From the NCBI RefSeq assembly GCF_009914755.1, contig NC_060931.1: a DNA stretch of 64,000 nucleotides. One strand, given 5' to 3'. Source of the DNA: the human T2T-CHM13v2.0 reference genome, Homo sapiens. Made by a program: the position numbers and the translations under genes. This document shows positions 17,328-32,327 of the stretch, in pieces; position 1 is the first letter of the stretch, and every line of letters begins with the position of its first letter. The notes under the pieces were generated by a model. That model ran no database searches. It was given only the letters and a program-made list of their open reading frames with translations, and was not told where the DNA came from.

Positions 17328-20057
17328 AACTCCCCTCTTGTGGTTTGCTACGTTTGCTACACCTGATCTTTTCCGCTGCACTCTTGACTGTAGCTGTTGG
17401 AATTCCCAAGTCTAATCTAGAAGCTTTTAATTTTAAACAGCAGGATGTGCAGTAAGGCTTTTAGATGTCCATTGAAAAGTTTATTTCTTCTCCTAAATGT
17501 GTTTCCCCCCACCCCCCGCCAATTAGTAGGCTATATTATTTGCTTATCTTAAAAAGCAGCTACTATCTCTTTACCTTGACAAAATGCCTCTGATGAAGCC
17601 TCCAGAATGGAATTTCTCCTATTCAGAGAACATGTTGGCTATCTGAATTGTCCAACTTAGAGTGAGAACCTTCAATATAATAATACAATATCTTAGGAAA
17701 TCTCTCTCCAAACAGCAGGTTTTGCAAATCTTTTGAAAAGATTCCTACTGCAGCCATTTCTAATAAAGCCACTTCTAATAAAGACTCTGGTCTACCACAA
17801 TAGTAAGTCTTGATTCCAAATTAAATATGTTGCTTTCCATGTTTGGTTTTAGATGGCAATGGAAAATAGTGATGGTGTTTGTTCAGGTACTCAGAGTATC
17901 TGATAGCTAAATAAATGCATTTTGGTTTTTATAATCAATACTGATGACATTTCCAACAGTAACTATACTAAATCTTGAGAACGTTTCCAATAAAAGTAAA
18001 AGGGGCATCATTCGTTTTCAGATGAAGATTTTAGAAATAAGAATTTCAGATAATAATCTCTAAATTGAAATTCTCGTCTTGGTTATATTAAGATAATGGT
18101 TCCTCTCTCAGCTCACAGAGATTCTTGTTTTCAGGAAACTGATCATTGGGAACAGTGTTTGAATTGTTCTGTCACAGAAGTACTTTGAAAACTAGCCAAG
18201 AAATCATTCCCAAGTGTTTTTAACGTGATTTGCATAGCTATCTTCCAACAGTAACGACTTTCCGTGATTTGAAGAAGTTAGACGTCTTTTTGCCCCAGGA
18301 CACTAATTTTTTGGCTGGGTTTTGAATAAACATTGAAAGCATTTTGATATTCCCAGTGTACCTGGCTTTTATGCATATCTGACGTTTGAAAGGTTAATTT
18401 ATAGATGATACGTATTTGAAGACGGTTGTCATTATTATAAAATAATTCATTTGGTTAACTAGCAAACATTTTGGCACACTTAATACATTTTCTTTCCCTG
18501 AGAGCTAAACAGTAGAAAACTTTTATACAAGTTGAATGATTTATTGTAAAAAAATTATGAATTAATAATTCAATTTATGAATCTATTGACCAGAAATTAT
18601 AGATCTCAGATGAGGATTTGATACTTCGGTAGTTGTTGCTATTCCCCTTCATAAACAAGGACAGAGTTTCTGACCAAAGACTAGCAGGGCGTGTGCTCTG
18701 AACTGTGTCTGTTGTTTTTCTCTAGTGGCAGTCAATTGTTACTGAGTCGATCATATTCTCTCAGTACCCTCTTGTGATAGAAAGTCAGGCAGGTTGACAG
18801 AGGCTGACATTATAGGCTGCCACTGTCAGAGCAAATTAACCTGCAATGTTATGCAGTGAAATGAACTTTATACTAGGAGTCTAGAGACCCAGGTTCTAGT
18901 CCCAGCTCTGCCTCTAAGCTAAGCCACCTTGGCCAAGCCATAAACTCTTTAGGTCCATAAAAAAAAAATCAGTTGAGTGATCTCTAGTGGCTCTTCTTGA
19001 TCTAATATTATGCTCTGCTAGATGAAACAGCATGTTTTTTACTCACCCCATGTCCTAGCCAATTAAACCATTTGTACTCAGAGAAATAGGAGTACATATT
19101 ATATTTATGTACTCATAATAGGTACTCAGTACAAATATATGGTATTTGTACTCAGAAAAATAATTTTATTTCTGTTCTGAGATTACTTAAGCAGCTTCTC
19201 ATCTCCAAACCAGCAAATCTCAGCCAGTGGGAAGAGACAGAGGAGGAGCTCACTCCTGCAGAGGGATGTATAAAAATCCTATGGGAGCAGCCCCGTGCCA
19301 GATTTGGAGATTCACACCCACTTGACTCTCCGTGTGATGCAGTGACAAGGGCCAGTGTAATTTGTTCCTGTGGGGAGTGGAGCTGGAAGATGGATTAAGG
19401 TTAACCTCTGTTTTAAGAAAGTAGCCACACTTCCAAATTTTATGTTGCTCTTCACACCTGCTGTTGCTCCTATTTGGAATTTAAGTTCAAGAGCTCATAG
19501 CTACCTTCAGTGTTCTAGAAGTCATAACCTCTGGATTCATGTCTTTCACAGAAACAACAAAGTGATTCTGTTTGCTTTTCCCACCCCTCTGGTTAACTTT
19601 GTAGCTTTTTGATCCTTCAAGTCATGAGAGAACATTAGCAGTCTGTTTAATTTTCCCAGATAGGAAATTAACCAAAAATTAATTTAGCAGCAATGATAAA
19701 ACCCACTGAGTCATTATATAATTTTTGCCTCTCATAGATCATAAACACCCCAATTGAGTATAATTTACTATCCCTGGGAAATCTAAACATATCAAATAAT
19801 GTTTCAGAGCAAGATGTAAAACCCAGTTTTATAGGCAGACATCCTTCTCCTTTCCAACAGCATGGCAGCATCCTCCCCCCCTCTATTAACCTCTCTTTTC
19901 ACAGAGAAAATAACACCTATTCCCCAAGCAGATACATTTCTGCTTTTCAAACTGGAATCCTGTATGCTTCAGGATATACATAGATATGCAAGAGAGACAC
20001 AGAGTGAGGAAGTCATCCATGAAGCATCTTACGGAGGTTAACTCAGATACTTGATTA

Positions 20058-20851
<794 letters not shown>

Positions 20852-21004
20852 TGAGAACCTCATGCTTCCTGATGACTAGTCTCACACATTTATTCTTGAA
20901 AGCCTAGAGGAAGGAGCATCGTTATATATAGTGGCTAATTGGAAAAATTAGCTGCTATTGCTTTGAGAAGAGATTACACTAGCACCGTTAGCCAATGTGA
21001 TCCT

Positions 21005-21172
21005 CTAGAGTGGCAGTGGACAAATGGCCTGTTTTGGTGCAGCCTGGGAACCAAGAATGGCTTTTAAAGGATTGGAAACAAGAAGAATATATGGCAGAGA
21101 TGTATGTGACGCACAAAGCCTAAAATATTTACTCTCTGATCCTTTTACAGGAAAATTTGTCAACCCCTGCTC
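21005..21172 (+). mobile_element. MER58-family hAT-Charlie element
   Basis: caaagcctaaaatatttactctctgatccttttacaggaaaatttgtcaacccctg terminal signature. Confidence 0.7.
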
Positions 21173-21650
21173 TAGAAGGATTTCTTATTGAAGCCTGAAC
21201 ACCTGCTACTTTAAAAAATAAGTTAATCATCTTGCTGGTGGTTTGTGCCGCTTCTCATGCATATGTGAATACACACACATAAACACAAACACATACACAT
21301 ACACCACACAAATCTCTAAATTAACCTGACTTCTTACCATAGTTCCCAATCCCATGACAGTGAACTGTCCCATTGAACAATAACAAAAATTCTAGACTTC
21401 TCTGATTCAGTGTTCTTGACTTAAATTTACATTTTGTATTTGTTTAATTTTTAATTATAGGAATGTATAAATTCTCTTTTCATCAGGGAATATATGTTAG
21501 TGGTTGAAACATGAAGTTCATGAAGTATGAACATAAACCTGGTGAAAATTCTTAAGCAAGTGAGGAAATATTCAAACAACCTGAAATGATAGAAGGTGGT
21601 GACACACTGGAATTTCTCTAAGACTCTCCACAAGGGGATGAATGAATTCA

Positions 21651-22010
<360 letters not shown>

Positions 22011-22164
22011 TCACAGGATGCACATAGAGGTGTATTTAAAATATAAGTTTTATTGTAGAGATGCAAATGAGTATAAATGTTGGTATCTCTTATGTGTGAG
22101 AACCCTAGGCCCTAATGACATGAAACCCTCACTCTTGAAATTTCATTTAAACGTCAGTCAATAC

Positions 22165-25100
22165 AGCAAAACGATAATAATAGGGGACCTCAGCACCTTA
22201 CTTTCAGCAATGGACAGAACATCCAGATAGAAAATCAGAAAGAAACATCAGAGTTAAACCACACTCTAGACCAAATGGACCTCACAGACGTTTACAGAAC
22301 ATTCCACCCAATAGCGCAGAATATATATTCTTCTCATCAGCAAATGCAATTTTCTCCAGGATAGGACATATGTTATGCCACAAAACAAGTCCCAACGAAA
22401 TTTTTTTACACAATTGAAATTATGTCAAGTCTTTTTTGTGACCACAACAGAATAAAACTAGAAATCAATAACAGGAGAAACTTTGGAAACTATACAAATA
22501 CTTGGAGATTAAAAAATGTACTCCTAAACAACAAACGGGTCAAAAAGAAAAAGGAAATTAAAATAGATTTCTTGAAACAAAGAAAAATGGAAGCACATAC
22601 CAAAACCTATGGAACACAGCAAAAGCAGTTCTAAGAGGGAATAAATTCCTACATCGAAAAATTGAAGGGATCTCAAACTACCCATGGTTATGCCTCAAGG
22701 ATCTAAAAAAGACAAGAACAAACTAAACCCAAAATTAGTAGAATAAAAGAAGTAATGAAGATCAGAATAGAAAAAACAAAATAGAGAATAAAAGAAATAC
22801 AAAAGATCAACAAGACAGTTGGTTTTCTTGAAAAGTTAAACAAAATCAGCTATAATTCCAACACTTTGGGAGGCCAAGGCAGGAGCGTCGCTTGAGGACA
22901 GGAGTTTGAGATCAACCTGGTCAACAGAGAGAAACCCTATTTCTATGAAAAATTTTAAAAATTATAAGATAAATTAGCCAGGCATAGTGATGCATGCCTG
23001 TAGCTCTAACTACCTGGAGGCCGAGGCAGGGGGATAGCTCAAGCCTAGAAGTTCAAGGTTGCAGTGAGCTATGATCACACCACTGCATACCAGTCTAGCA
23101 CTCCAGCCTGGGTGACAGAGTGAGATGCTGTCCCAAAAAAACAAATAACACAAACAAGATCAGCAAACCTCTACTTAGACTAAAATTTTCAAAAGTTTCA
23201 AATCAGAGACGAAAAACAAAACATAACTGATACCACAGTAATAACAGACTATTATGAACAAGTATATGCCAACAAAATAGAAAACCTAGAAGAACTGGAT
23301 AAATTCCTAGACATGTATAACCTATCAAAATTGAATCATGAAGAAAGAGAAAATCTGAACAAACTAATAATGAGAAATGAGGTTGAATCAATAGTCAAAA
23401 GTGTCCCATCAAAGAAGAGCCCTAGGACCTGATGCATTTACTGCAGAATTCTATCAAACATTTAAAGAAGAACTAATACCAATCCTTTTCAGACTATTCC
23501 AAAAAAAAAAAAAAAAAACAGAGGGAGTTCTTCCAAACTCAACCTGAGTCCAGCATCACCCTGATACTAAAACCAGATAAGGACATACACAAAAGTTTAT
23601 GGGCCAATATGCCTGATAAACATAGCTATAAAAATCTTCAACAAAATAAAACCAATCAAAATTCAACAGCACATTAAAAAGATCATTCACTATGACCAAG
23701 TGGAATTTATTCCAGGAATGCAAGAGTGGTTCAACATACACAAATCAATAAATGTGATACATCACATTAACAGAATCAAGGGGAAAAAACATACAATTAT
23801 TTCAATCAACACAGAAAACAGCTTCGATAAAATTCAAGATCCTTTCATGAGGAAAATTCTCAACAAATTGTGTATAGAAGGAACATACCTCAAAACAATA
23901 AAGGCCATATATGACAAACCCACAGCTAACATATTAAACAGGGAAAAACTGAAAGCCTTTCCTGTAAAATCTGAAACAAGACAAGGATTCTCACTTCCAC
24001 CACTTCTATTCAGCACAATACTGGAAGTTCTAGGCAGCAAGTAAGTAAGAGAACTAAAGGGCATCCAAATTGGAAAGAAGAAAGTCAAATTGTCCCTGTT
24101 TGCAGATGACATGATTGTATATATAGAAAGCCCCAAAGACTCCTCAAAAAAAAAAAAAACCGTTAGAACTAATAAACAAATTCAGTAAAGTTGTAGGATA
24201 CAAAATCAACATACATAAGTCAGTAGTGTTTCTATACACCAATATTATCTGAAAATTCAAGAAAGCAATTCCATTTACAAAAGCTACCAAATAAATAAAA
24301 AACCTAAGAAATTTAACCAAGGAGGTGAAAAATCCTTACAAAGAAAACTACAAAACATTGATGAAATAAATTGAAGAGGACACAGACAAATGGAAAGATA
24401 TTTCCTGTTCATGGATTGAAAGAATTAACATTGTAAAACTGTCCATACTACCCAAAGTGATCTACACGTTCAATGTAATCCTTATGAAAATACCAACGAC
24501 ATTCTTCACAGAAATAGATAAAACCATCCTGAAATTTATATGGAATCAGAGAAGACTCCAAATAGCCAAACCAACCTTGAGCAAAAAAAACAAAGCTAGA
24601 GGCATCACACTACCTGACTTCAAAGTATACTACAAAGCTGTATCACCAAAAGAGCATGGCACTTGCGTAAAAACAAACACATAGACAGATGAAACAGAAT
24701 AAAAATCCCAGAAATCACACACTTATAGTCAACTGATTTTCAACAAAGTTACCAAGAATACACATTGTGGAAAGAACAATCTCTTCAATAAATGGTGCTG
24801 GAAAAATGATAACCACATGCAGAAAAATGAAACTAGACCCCTGTTTATCATCAATGACAAAAATCAACTCAAAGTAGATGAAAGACTTAAATGTAATACC
24901 TGAAACTATAAAACTACTAGAAGAAAACATTAGGGGAATGCTTTATAACATTGGTCTGGACAAAGATTTTTGGGGTAAGACCTCAGAGGCTCAGGCAGCA
25001 AAAGCAAAGATAGACAAATGGGATTACATCAGACTAAAAAGCTTCTGCACAACAAAGGAAATAACCAACAGAGTAAAGAGACAACCTGCAGAATGGGAGA

Positions 25101-26262
25101 AAATATGTTCAAAATATGCCTCTGACAGTCAAGAGCTTAATATCTAGAATATATAAGGAACTCAATTTAGTAGCAAAAAAATGAAAAGGATGTGATTCTA
25201 AAACAGGCAAAGGACTTGAATAGACATTTCTCAGAAGACATACAAATGACCAACAGGTACATGAAAAATATTCCACATCACTAATTATCAGGGAAATGCA
25301 AATCAAAACCATAATGAAATATCATTTCACCCCAATTAGAATGGATATTATCAAAAAGACAAAAAATAACAATTGCTAGAATGGATGTGGAGAAAAGGGG
25401 ATGCTTATACACCATTGGTGGAAATGTAAATCGGTATAGCCATTATGGAAAAGAGTGTAGAGATTCCTCGAAAAACTAAGAACTACCGTATGATCCAGCA
25501 GTTCTACTATGATGTATCAAAAGGAAATGAAATCAGCATGTCAAAAAGATATCTGCACTTGCATGTTTATTGTAGCATTGTTCACATTAGCCAAGATCTG
25601 GAGTCAACCTATCAACAGTTGAATGCGTAATGAAAGTATGGTATATATACACAATGGAATACTACTCAGTCATAAAAAAGAATAAAATCCTGTAATTTGT
25701 GGCAACATGGATGAACCTGGTGGGCATTATGTTAAGTGAAATAAGTCAGGCATAAAAAGACAAATACTGCCTGCTCTCATTCGTGTTATCTAAAAAAGCT
25801 GATCTTGGAAGTAGAGTAGAAAAATGGTTACCAGAGGCAGGGGAGGTAAAAGGAGGGAGGATGGTGGGGAGAGATTGGTCAATGGTTACAAAATTGCCCG
25901 TTGATCATTTTAATAGATCATCGTTACTTTTTTTTGGTAACACCATTATCAAGATATAATTTACATACTATATTACCATTTGACCACTTGAAGTATGCAA
26001 TTCAGTGGTTTTTAGTTAGGAGGAATACGTTCTGGTGTTCTGTAGCACAGTAGGGTGACTATAGTAAACAATATTATAGTGTATATTTCAACATAACTAG
26101 AAGAGAGGATTCTGAATATTCCCACCACAAAGAAATGATCAATGAGATGATGGATATGCTAAATACCATGATTTGATCATTATACAATGTATACATGTAT
26201 TGAAACATCTCATGGGGCCCCATAAATATGTATAATTATGTGTCAATTAAAAACAGTTTTTA
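22165..26262 (+). mobile_element. 5'-truncated L1MA element (decayed ORF2 plus 3'UTR), ~4.1 kb including nested inserts
   Basis: ORF2p-like peptides ([47 protein letters not shown]) with many frameshifts; L1MA 3'UTR; flanking repeat gtcagtca(a)taca. Confidence 0.9.
22848..23150 (+). mobile_element. Alu (AluJ) nested in L1
   Basis: J-type arms (gcagtgagctatgatcacacc). Confidence 0.82.
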
Positions 26263-26930
26263 AAAAAGTCAGTCATACACATCCTGAAGTTAGGCTGAGT
26301 CAAAAGAACTAGCCGTGAACTATACAGTGAATAGCACTAACAAAGATTTTCTCAAAGCTGCTTGTGAGATCATTTTGGAAATCCTTGGAAAGAGGAAACT
26401 CAAATAATAGAAGGAATTTTGATGATGCTCTCCACTGTAGACATATTTGAATAGATTGTCCATCAAAAGAGGCAGGTTAATTTAGAAAGATGTCCTTATC
26501 AAACAAGATTATCCTGTGATACACATTGCTATGCTCAAAAGACAAGCGTGAACCTCTGAGAAACTGTATTAGCATGGTAACTTACAGACTGATAAAAGCC
26601 CAAATGTTAATGATTTGACCTCTGATAATTGTTCCCTTTTTTTGGTAGCATCCTTATCAAGATATAAGTCACATATTATATAATTCACCCACTCAAAGTG
26701 TGTAATTCAGTGGTTTTTAGTATATGCACAGAGTTGGGCCAACATCAACACAATCTGTTTTAAAATGGAAATTGCTGTATCTTTCTGTATTTATTTGCCT
26801 GTTCTGGACATTTCACTAAGTGGAGTCATATAATATGTGATCTTTTGTGACTTCTTTCACTTTGTACATTTTCAGGTTTCATTTGTGTCGTAGCATGTAT
26901 CAATACTTCATTCCATTCTATGGCCAAATA

Positions 26931-26966
26931 TTAGGTCGGTGCAAAAGTAATTGTGGGTTTTTCCAT
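26931..26966 (+). mobile_element. MADE1/Hsmar1 terminal inverted repeat fragment
   Basis: ta|ttaggtcggtgcaaaagtaattgtggg matches the Hsmar1 TIR TTAGGTTGGTGCAAAAGTAATTGCGG. Confidence 0.8.
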
Positions 26967-26994
26967 GATATTTCATTGTTTGGATTTTTAAACT

Positions 26995-27177
26995 ATTTAT
27001 TTATTTATTTATTTATTTATTTATTTTTGAGACAGGGTCTCTGTTGCCCAGGCTGGAGTGCAGTGGCCTGATCACAGCTCACGGCAGCCTCGACCTCCCA
27101 AGGCTCAGGTGATCCTCCCACCTCAGCCTCCTAAGTAGCTGGGACTACAGGTGTGTGCCACCACACCATGCTAATTT
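26995..27177 (-). mobile_element. Alu right arm (AluJ/FRAM-like) with (ttta)n tail
   Basis: Antisense right monomer only. Confidence 0.82.
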
Positions 27178-27569
27178 TAAGGAATGGCCAAACCGCTTGC
27201 CAATGTGGTTGCACAATTTTATGTTCCCATTAGCAGTGTATGAGGGCTCCAGTTTCTCCATGTCCTCACCAACACTTGTTACTGTCTTTGCTTTTTTATT
27301 ATAGTCATTCTCATTGGTGTGAACTGGTACCTCACTAAGGCTTTGATTTGCATTTCCCTGGTGACTAATGATATTAAGCATCTTTTCATATGCTTATTGG
27401 TCATTTGTGTTTCTTCTTTGGAGAAATGTTTATTTAGTTCTTTTACCCATCTTTCACTTGTACAGATGTTTGATCATTGTTTGCCTATCAAATTATAGAA
27501 ACATGACTGAATACATATTTATTGGCTGAATAGATGGAAGAATAAATCACTATATTAAAAGTTGATGCC

Positions 27570-27863
27570 GACCGGGTATGGTGACTCACGCCTGTAATCC
27601 CAGCACTTTGGTAGGCTGAGGGGGGCAGATCACGAGGTCAGGAGTTTGAGACCAGCCTGGACAACATGGTGAAACCCTGTCTCTACTAAAAAATACAAAA
27701 AATTAGCTGGGCGTGGTGGTGGGCGCCTGTAGTCCCAGCTACTCAGGAGGCTGAGGCAGGAAAATGGCGTGAACCCAGGAGGCAGAGCTTTCAGGGATCC
27801 GAGATCACACCACTGCACTCCAACCTGGGCGACAGAGTGAGACTCCGTTTCAAAAAAAAAAAA
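27570..27863 (+). mobile_element. Alu, chimeric AluSg-like left arm / AluY right arm, no TSD
   Basis: Left arm gagtttgagaccagcctgg..aacatgg; right arm ctgtagt, aatggcgtgaacc, gagctt. Confidence 0.85.
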
Positions 27864-29176
27864 GGGGGACGTATGTAATGCACAGGTATATACTGGCTTG
27901 GGCAGAAGAGGGTTGCTAGCTGAATTGCTTATTCTCCTCTTGGAAAACAATTAAATAGTAGGAGGTACTGACAAGGTAAAAACAAATCCAAACTGAATAA
28001 AGTGAATAAATTCACCATTCAACTAATAGGGTTTTCAAAAGTGGCTTATCTGGCAGAATTTTTTCAAGTTTAGACACTTAATCAACAACTCTGAAGGTTT
28101 CTGTTGTCAGTGTAAGATCACTCTGCAGGGAAAACAACATTTGAGAATTAGATGAAGACAATAGGTCATAAGTCTGATCAGTCCTTTGGGATTTTAAATT
28201 CATATTCAGGCAACAAAAGCTTTAGTAATGTAAGAAAATTTTAATTTTTAAATAGTCTTTACACATTAAAACCAGTTGTCTCATTAAAAATGTTTCCAGT
28301 CAAATAACACAGCCAGTGGTTCAGAGGCACTTTCCTTACCATAGACACAAGAGACCTAATCTCTGAGCAAGACACAATTATAAAACATCATCCAAGAACC
28401 ACAGAAAACATTGCCACTTTATGGCATTCTGGATATCACTCCTCAAATTAAAAATTGTTGCTAATATTGTGACATTTCGATAAAAAGGAGCCCTGTCTGA
28501 ATGCGATAGAACATCTTTTCTTTAGAATTTTCCCAGTTGTTCAAAATTGACAAATTCAGTGAAATAACATCTCACCTGGAAGTCAATGAGATAGGCAATA
28601 AATATTTTTTTCTCATGGCTATTTAAAATAATTTCAATTAAAATAATTGGGCTCTGGCTAATTTTCTATCATGACATCTATACAATTTAAATATTTTATA
28701 CACTTAATAATGAAGAATCCAAAATTTTCATATGTAAGGTAAAATAGAAGACTGAGCCGAGACTGTTTGCTGCAGCCATGCCTCTAGGCCTCATAAGAAG
28801 TTTCACTCTAAGCAGCTTAGGCCGCTTTGAGAAGTTCCAGTATTTGTGGTTTTGGCTTCTCTGTCTCTTGCATGAATTAGAAAGCTCCCCCTTTACTAGA
28901 TCCTCATAGCAGGTTCCTAGCAGGAAAGAGACCATGAAGCTTGTATGAAAACATCTCATGTACCCCATAAATACATATGATTACTACGTACCCTTAAATT
29001 AAAAAAATAACATGAATTAAGCTGGGAGTTTTGAATAGAATTAGCCTAGTGACTATTTACAGAAATAATTTTCAGAGGAAAGGGTTAAGTAGAGATGTTG
29101 AGGCAGACAAGGATTTGCAGTTACAGGAAGCCAATGCAGAAAGTATTGGAAAGTAATTTTTTAAATATATGTGTTG

Positions 29177-29476
29177 GGCTGGGTGAGGTGCCTCACACCT
29201 GTAATCCTAGCACTTTGGAAGGCCAAGGCGGGTGGATCACCTGAGGTCAGTAGTTGGAGACCAGCCTGACCAGCATGGCAAAACCCCATCTCTACTAAAA
29301 ATATACAAAAATTAGCTGGGCGTGGTGGCATGCACCTGTAATCTCAGCTACTCAGGAGGCTGAGGCACAAGAATGACTTGAACCCAGGAGGTGGAGGTTG
29401 CAGTGAGCCAAAATTGTACCATTGCATTTCAGCCTGGGTGAAGGAGTGAGACACTGTCACACACACACAAAAAAGA
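29177..29476 (+). mobile_element. Alu (AluSx-like)
   Basis: Full dimer; TSD aatatatgtgtt. Confidence 0.9.
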
Positions 29477-29667
29477 ATATATGTGTTTTTAATATTTCAT
29501 CTTTATAAAAATAAAATATTTTAATACGTTATTTAAGATACATAAGTATATTAAATACATACTTAAGATGCATTATACATATATATACAGATATACATAA
29601 ACACATACATACACATCTTATCCTTAAAGAACTGCAACATTTAATGTATGTTTAATCACAGAAAGTA

Positions 29668-30510
29668 CAGCTGGCCCTGAAATAACATACTTTCATGCTA
29701 ATGTTGATGAGGGAAAAAAACATCACTTCCTGCTTGCTGGGACCACTGTCTGTGTGGAGTTTGCACACGTTCCCCATGTCTGCCTGGGTTTTCTGTTTTC
29801 CTCCTGTTTCCTCCCATATCCCACAGCTGTGCATGTTAGGTGAGCTGGAATGTCTATATGGTCCCAGTGTGAGTGAGTGAGTGTGGGGGTGTGTGAGTGG
29901 CCCTGCCATGGGATGACATCCTGTCCAGGGCTGGTTCCCACCTGGTGCCCTGAGTTTCCAGGGTAGTCTGCAGCCACCCGGGAGCCTGAACTGGAATCAG
30001 TGGGTTAGAAAAGGAATGAATGAGTGAATACAAACTATTGTCAAATAAAAATTTGTAAATTAGACGATAATCATACAAATGCACGACACTGAACATTGCA
30101 CTACAAAAGCCCTTCTCAAGCCTGCCAGATCTGTCATTGCTTTTGAACTGTGTGGTGGTAGGAGGTGCTGCTTAAGATTTTCTGCTTTGTACACATTTAT
30201 TTCTCAATTTAACCTGCCCCCTCTATGCCCACCATTTCTCACTAATGCACCAAAAATTGAGTAAATAATTATCTTGTTTTTATTAACCTTTTAAAATGTA
30301 TATGTAGCTCACATTTATTTCAGTGTTTAATATTAGAGGTGTTTGAGGCCTTTATTTAGAAGTTTGATGATGTTTTTGTGACCAGGAACATGCCATAGGA
30401 ACTTCACTCTTGTTTATATCAATTAGTCAGTGGTAAAACTGGTTTCTTCATATGTTGTTTTGCTTAAAGTCACAGTTTGCAAGTTTATCGATTACATCGA
30501 GGACTTACTG
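29668..30510. mobile_element. MER6 (Tigger-family non-autonomous DNA transposon carrying the V-SINE-like domain)
   Basis: ta|cag...ctg|ta ends; core ctgtgtggagtttgcacacgttccccatgtctgcctgggtttt and tcctgtccagggctggttcc. Confidence 0.82.
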
Positions 30511-30820
30511 TATAATAATAAAAGCTAATATTTGTTGTTATAGGTCTTTTATATGATTGTATTTAATTGTTACAGTGACACTATGGGGTGAGTACTATTA
30601 TTGTCAATATTTCACATATGAGGAAACTAAATCATATAGAGATTTGCTGGGTGATTGCTGATCCTGCTGTACTTTAGGAAATTTGGGAGTAGCTGAAAAA
30701 TTCTCAATCACCTGAGCTTCTGGCCAAGGTCCATTATAAGAATACAGGAATGGAATGACACCGTAGTATCAGTTATGGGTCATAGGAGTCTCCTGAAAGT
30801 CTGTGTTTTGCTCCGTTTAG

Positions 30821-31025
30821 GTATATCAGGATTGGAGATAAAGAATGTGAATTTAACAAGAACTTTCGCCTTATCCTTCACACAAAATTGGCAAATCCTC
30901 ACTATAAGCCGGAATTACAAGCTCAGACAACTCTCCTCAATTTCACAGTCACAGAAGATGGTCTAGAAGCCCAGCTGCTGGCAGAGGTTGTCAGTATTGA
31001 AAGGCCAGATTTGGAGAAACTTAAG
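30821..31025 (+). CDS. DNAH11: DNAH11 coding exon (~exon 66): [31 protein letters not shown]...ERPDLEKLK
   Basis: ctccgtttag|G acceptor, AAG|gtaaaa donor; 205 nt, phase 2 to 0; follows a 24,199-nt intron. Confidence 0.95.
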
Positions 31026-31677
31026 GTAAAAATGTTTACGTCACCACCAACACTTAGTCGGCATTTGCTTTGCACAAATCACAGTGCTAGACATAGAAGT
31101 ATAAAATAGGATTCCTGCCCTCTAGAATCCTGCAACCTAATTGGGAAAAATAAGTATACATGTTAAAAGTTAAACAATTCAAAGTTGCTCTTCATAAATG
31201 CTAGATTGTTACGGTTATGTCACACGTAGGAGATAGGGTGGCTCTGGATGTTGTTTGAGGGCAAACAAAGAGGCATACGAGTCATGTAAAATAGAGGTAT
31301 GTGCCCAGGTATGTTGGAATGTAATCGACTAATTTAGCCTGGGCTAAAGAATGAAAAAGAGGTATAATGAAGCAAGCTTGGAAGAATTAAGGACCTGGTA
31401 GCTAGTTGTGACTAGTATTCAAAGGGACATTCATGGCCTTAAGTATATTAAGAAACAATGCTGAAAATACTGAAATTTAGTGTTATATACAGAAAACAAA
31501 GCAACATAGCCTTAAAATGTAGAAGAAAGGCAATAATAAAGATAAAATCAGAAAATACTGACATAGAAAATAGACAAAAGATTAACAAAATAAAAAAGCT
31601 AGTTCTTTGGCAAGAAGGGGTGAGGAAGTGATATAGTAGATATACTTCCATAAGGACTAGTGAAGAATAAAAGATAA

Positions 31678-32055
<378 letters not shown>

Positions 32056-32327
32056 ATGCTGTGCCCAGCTTTCTAATAATAAATTTGAGTATTGAAATGG
32101 TGATGTGAAAAATAAAAAGAATTTATGTGCTAACCTGGGCAAATTTGGCAATAGTGTGTCTCAAAAATTTAAATGAGATACATTAAGAATTAAAACAAGG
32201 ATTTATATTTCAGATGTTAGAGATTTATGGCCTACATTTTGGAACTTGAAAGGATTTCTTCACACAGATGAACAACATTATTCATATTTTGAAGAAGTAA
32301 GCTAGAATACTTTTTCTTAGTATAAAT

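Larger units (their letters stand above)
26635..27460 (-). mobile_element. L1MB-like 3' end fragments with nested MADE1 and Alu
   Basis: gatataa.tcacata...aattcagtggtttttagtata; ORF2-end motif tttgcatttccctggtgactaatgat. Confidence 0.75.

Noticed and set aside
22018-25630. L1 ORF2p-like ORFs as an active element
   Set aside because: Fragmented by stops and frameshifts, 5'-truncated and interrupted by an Alu. The same applies to 33236-38778 and 45195-46422.
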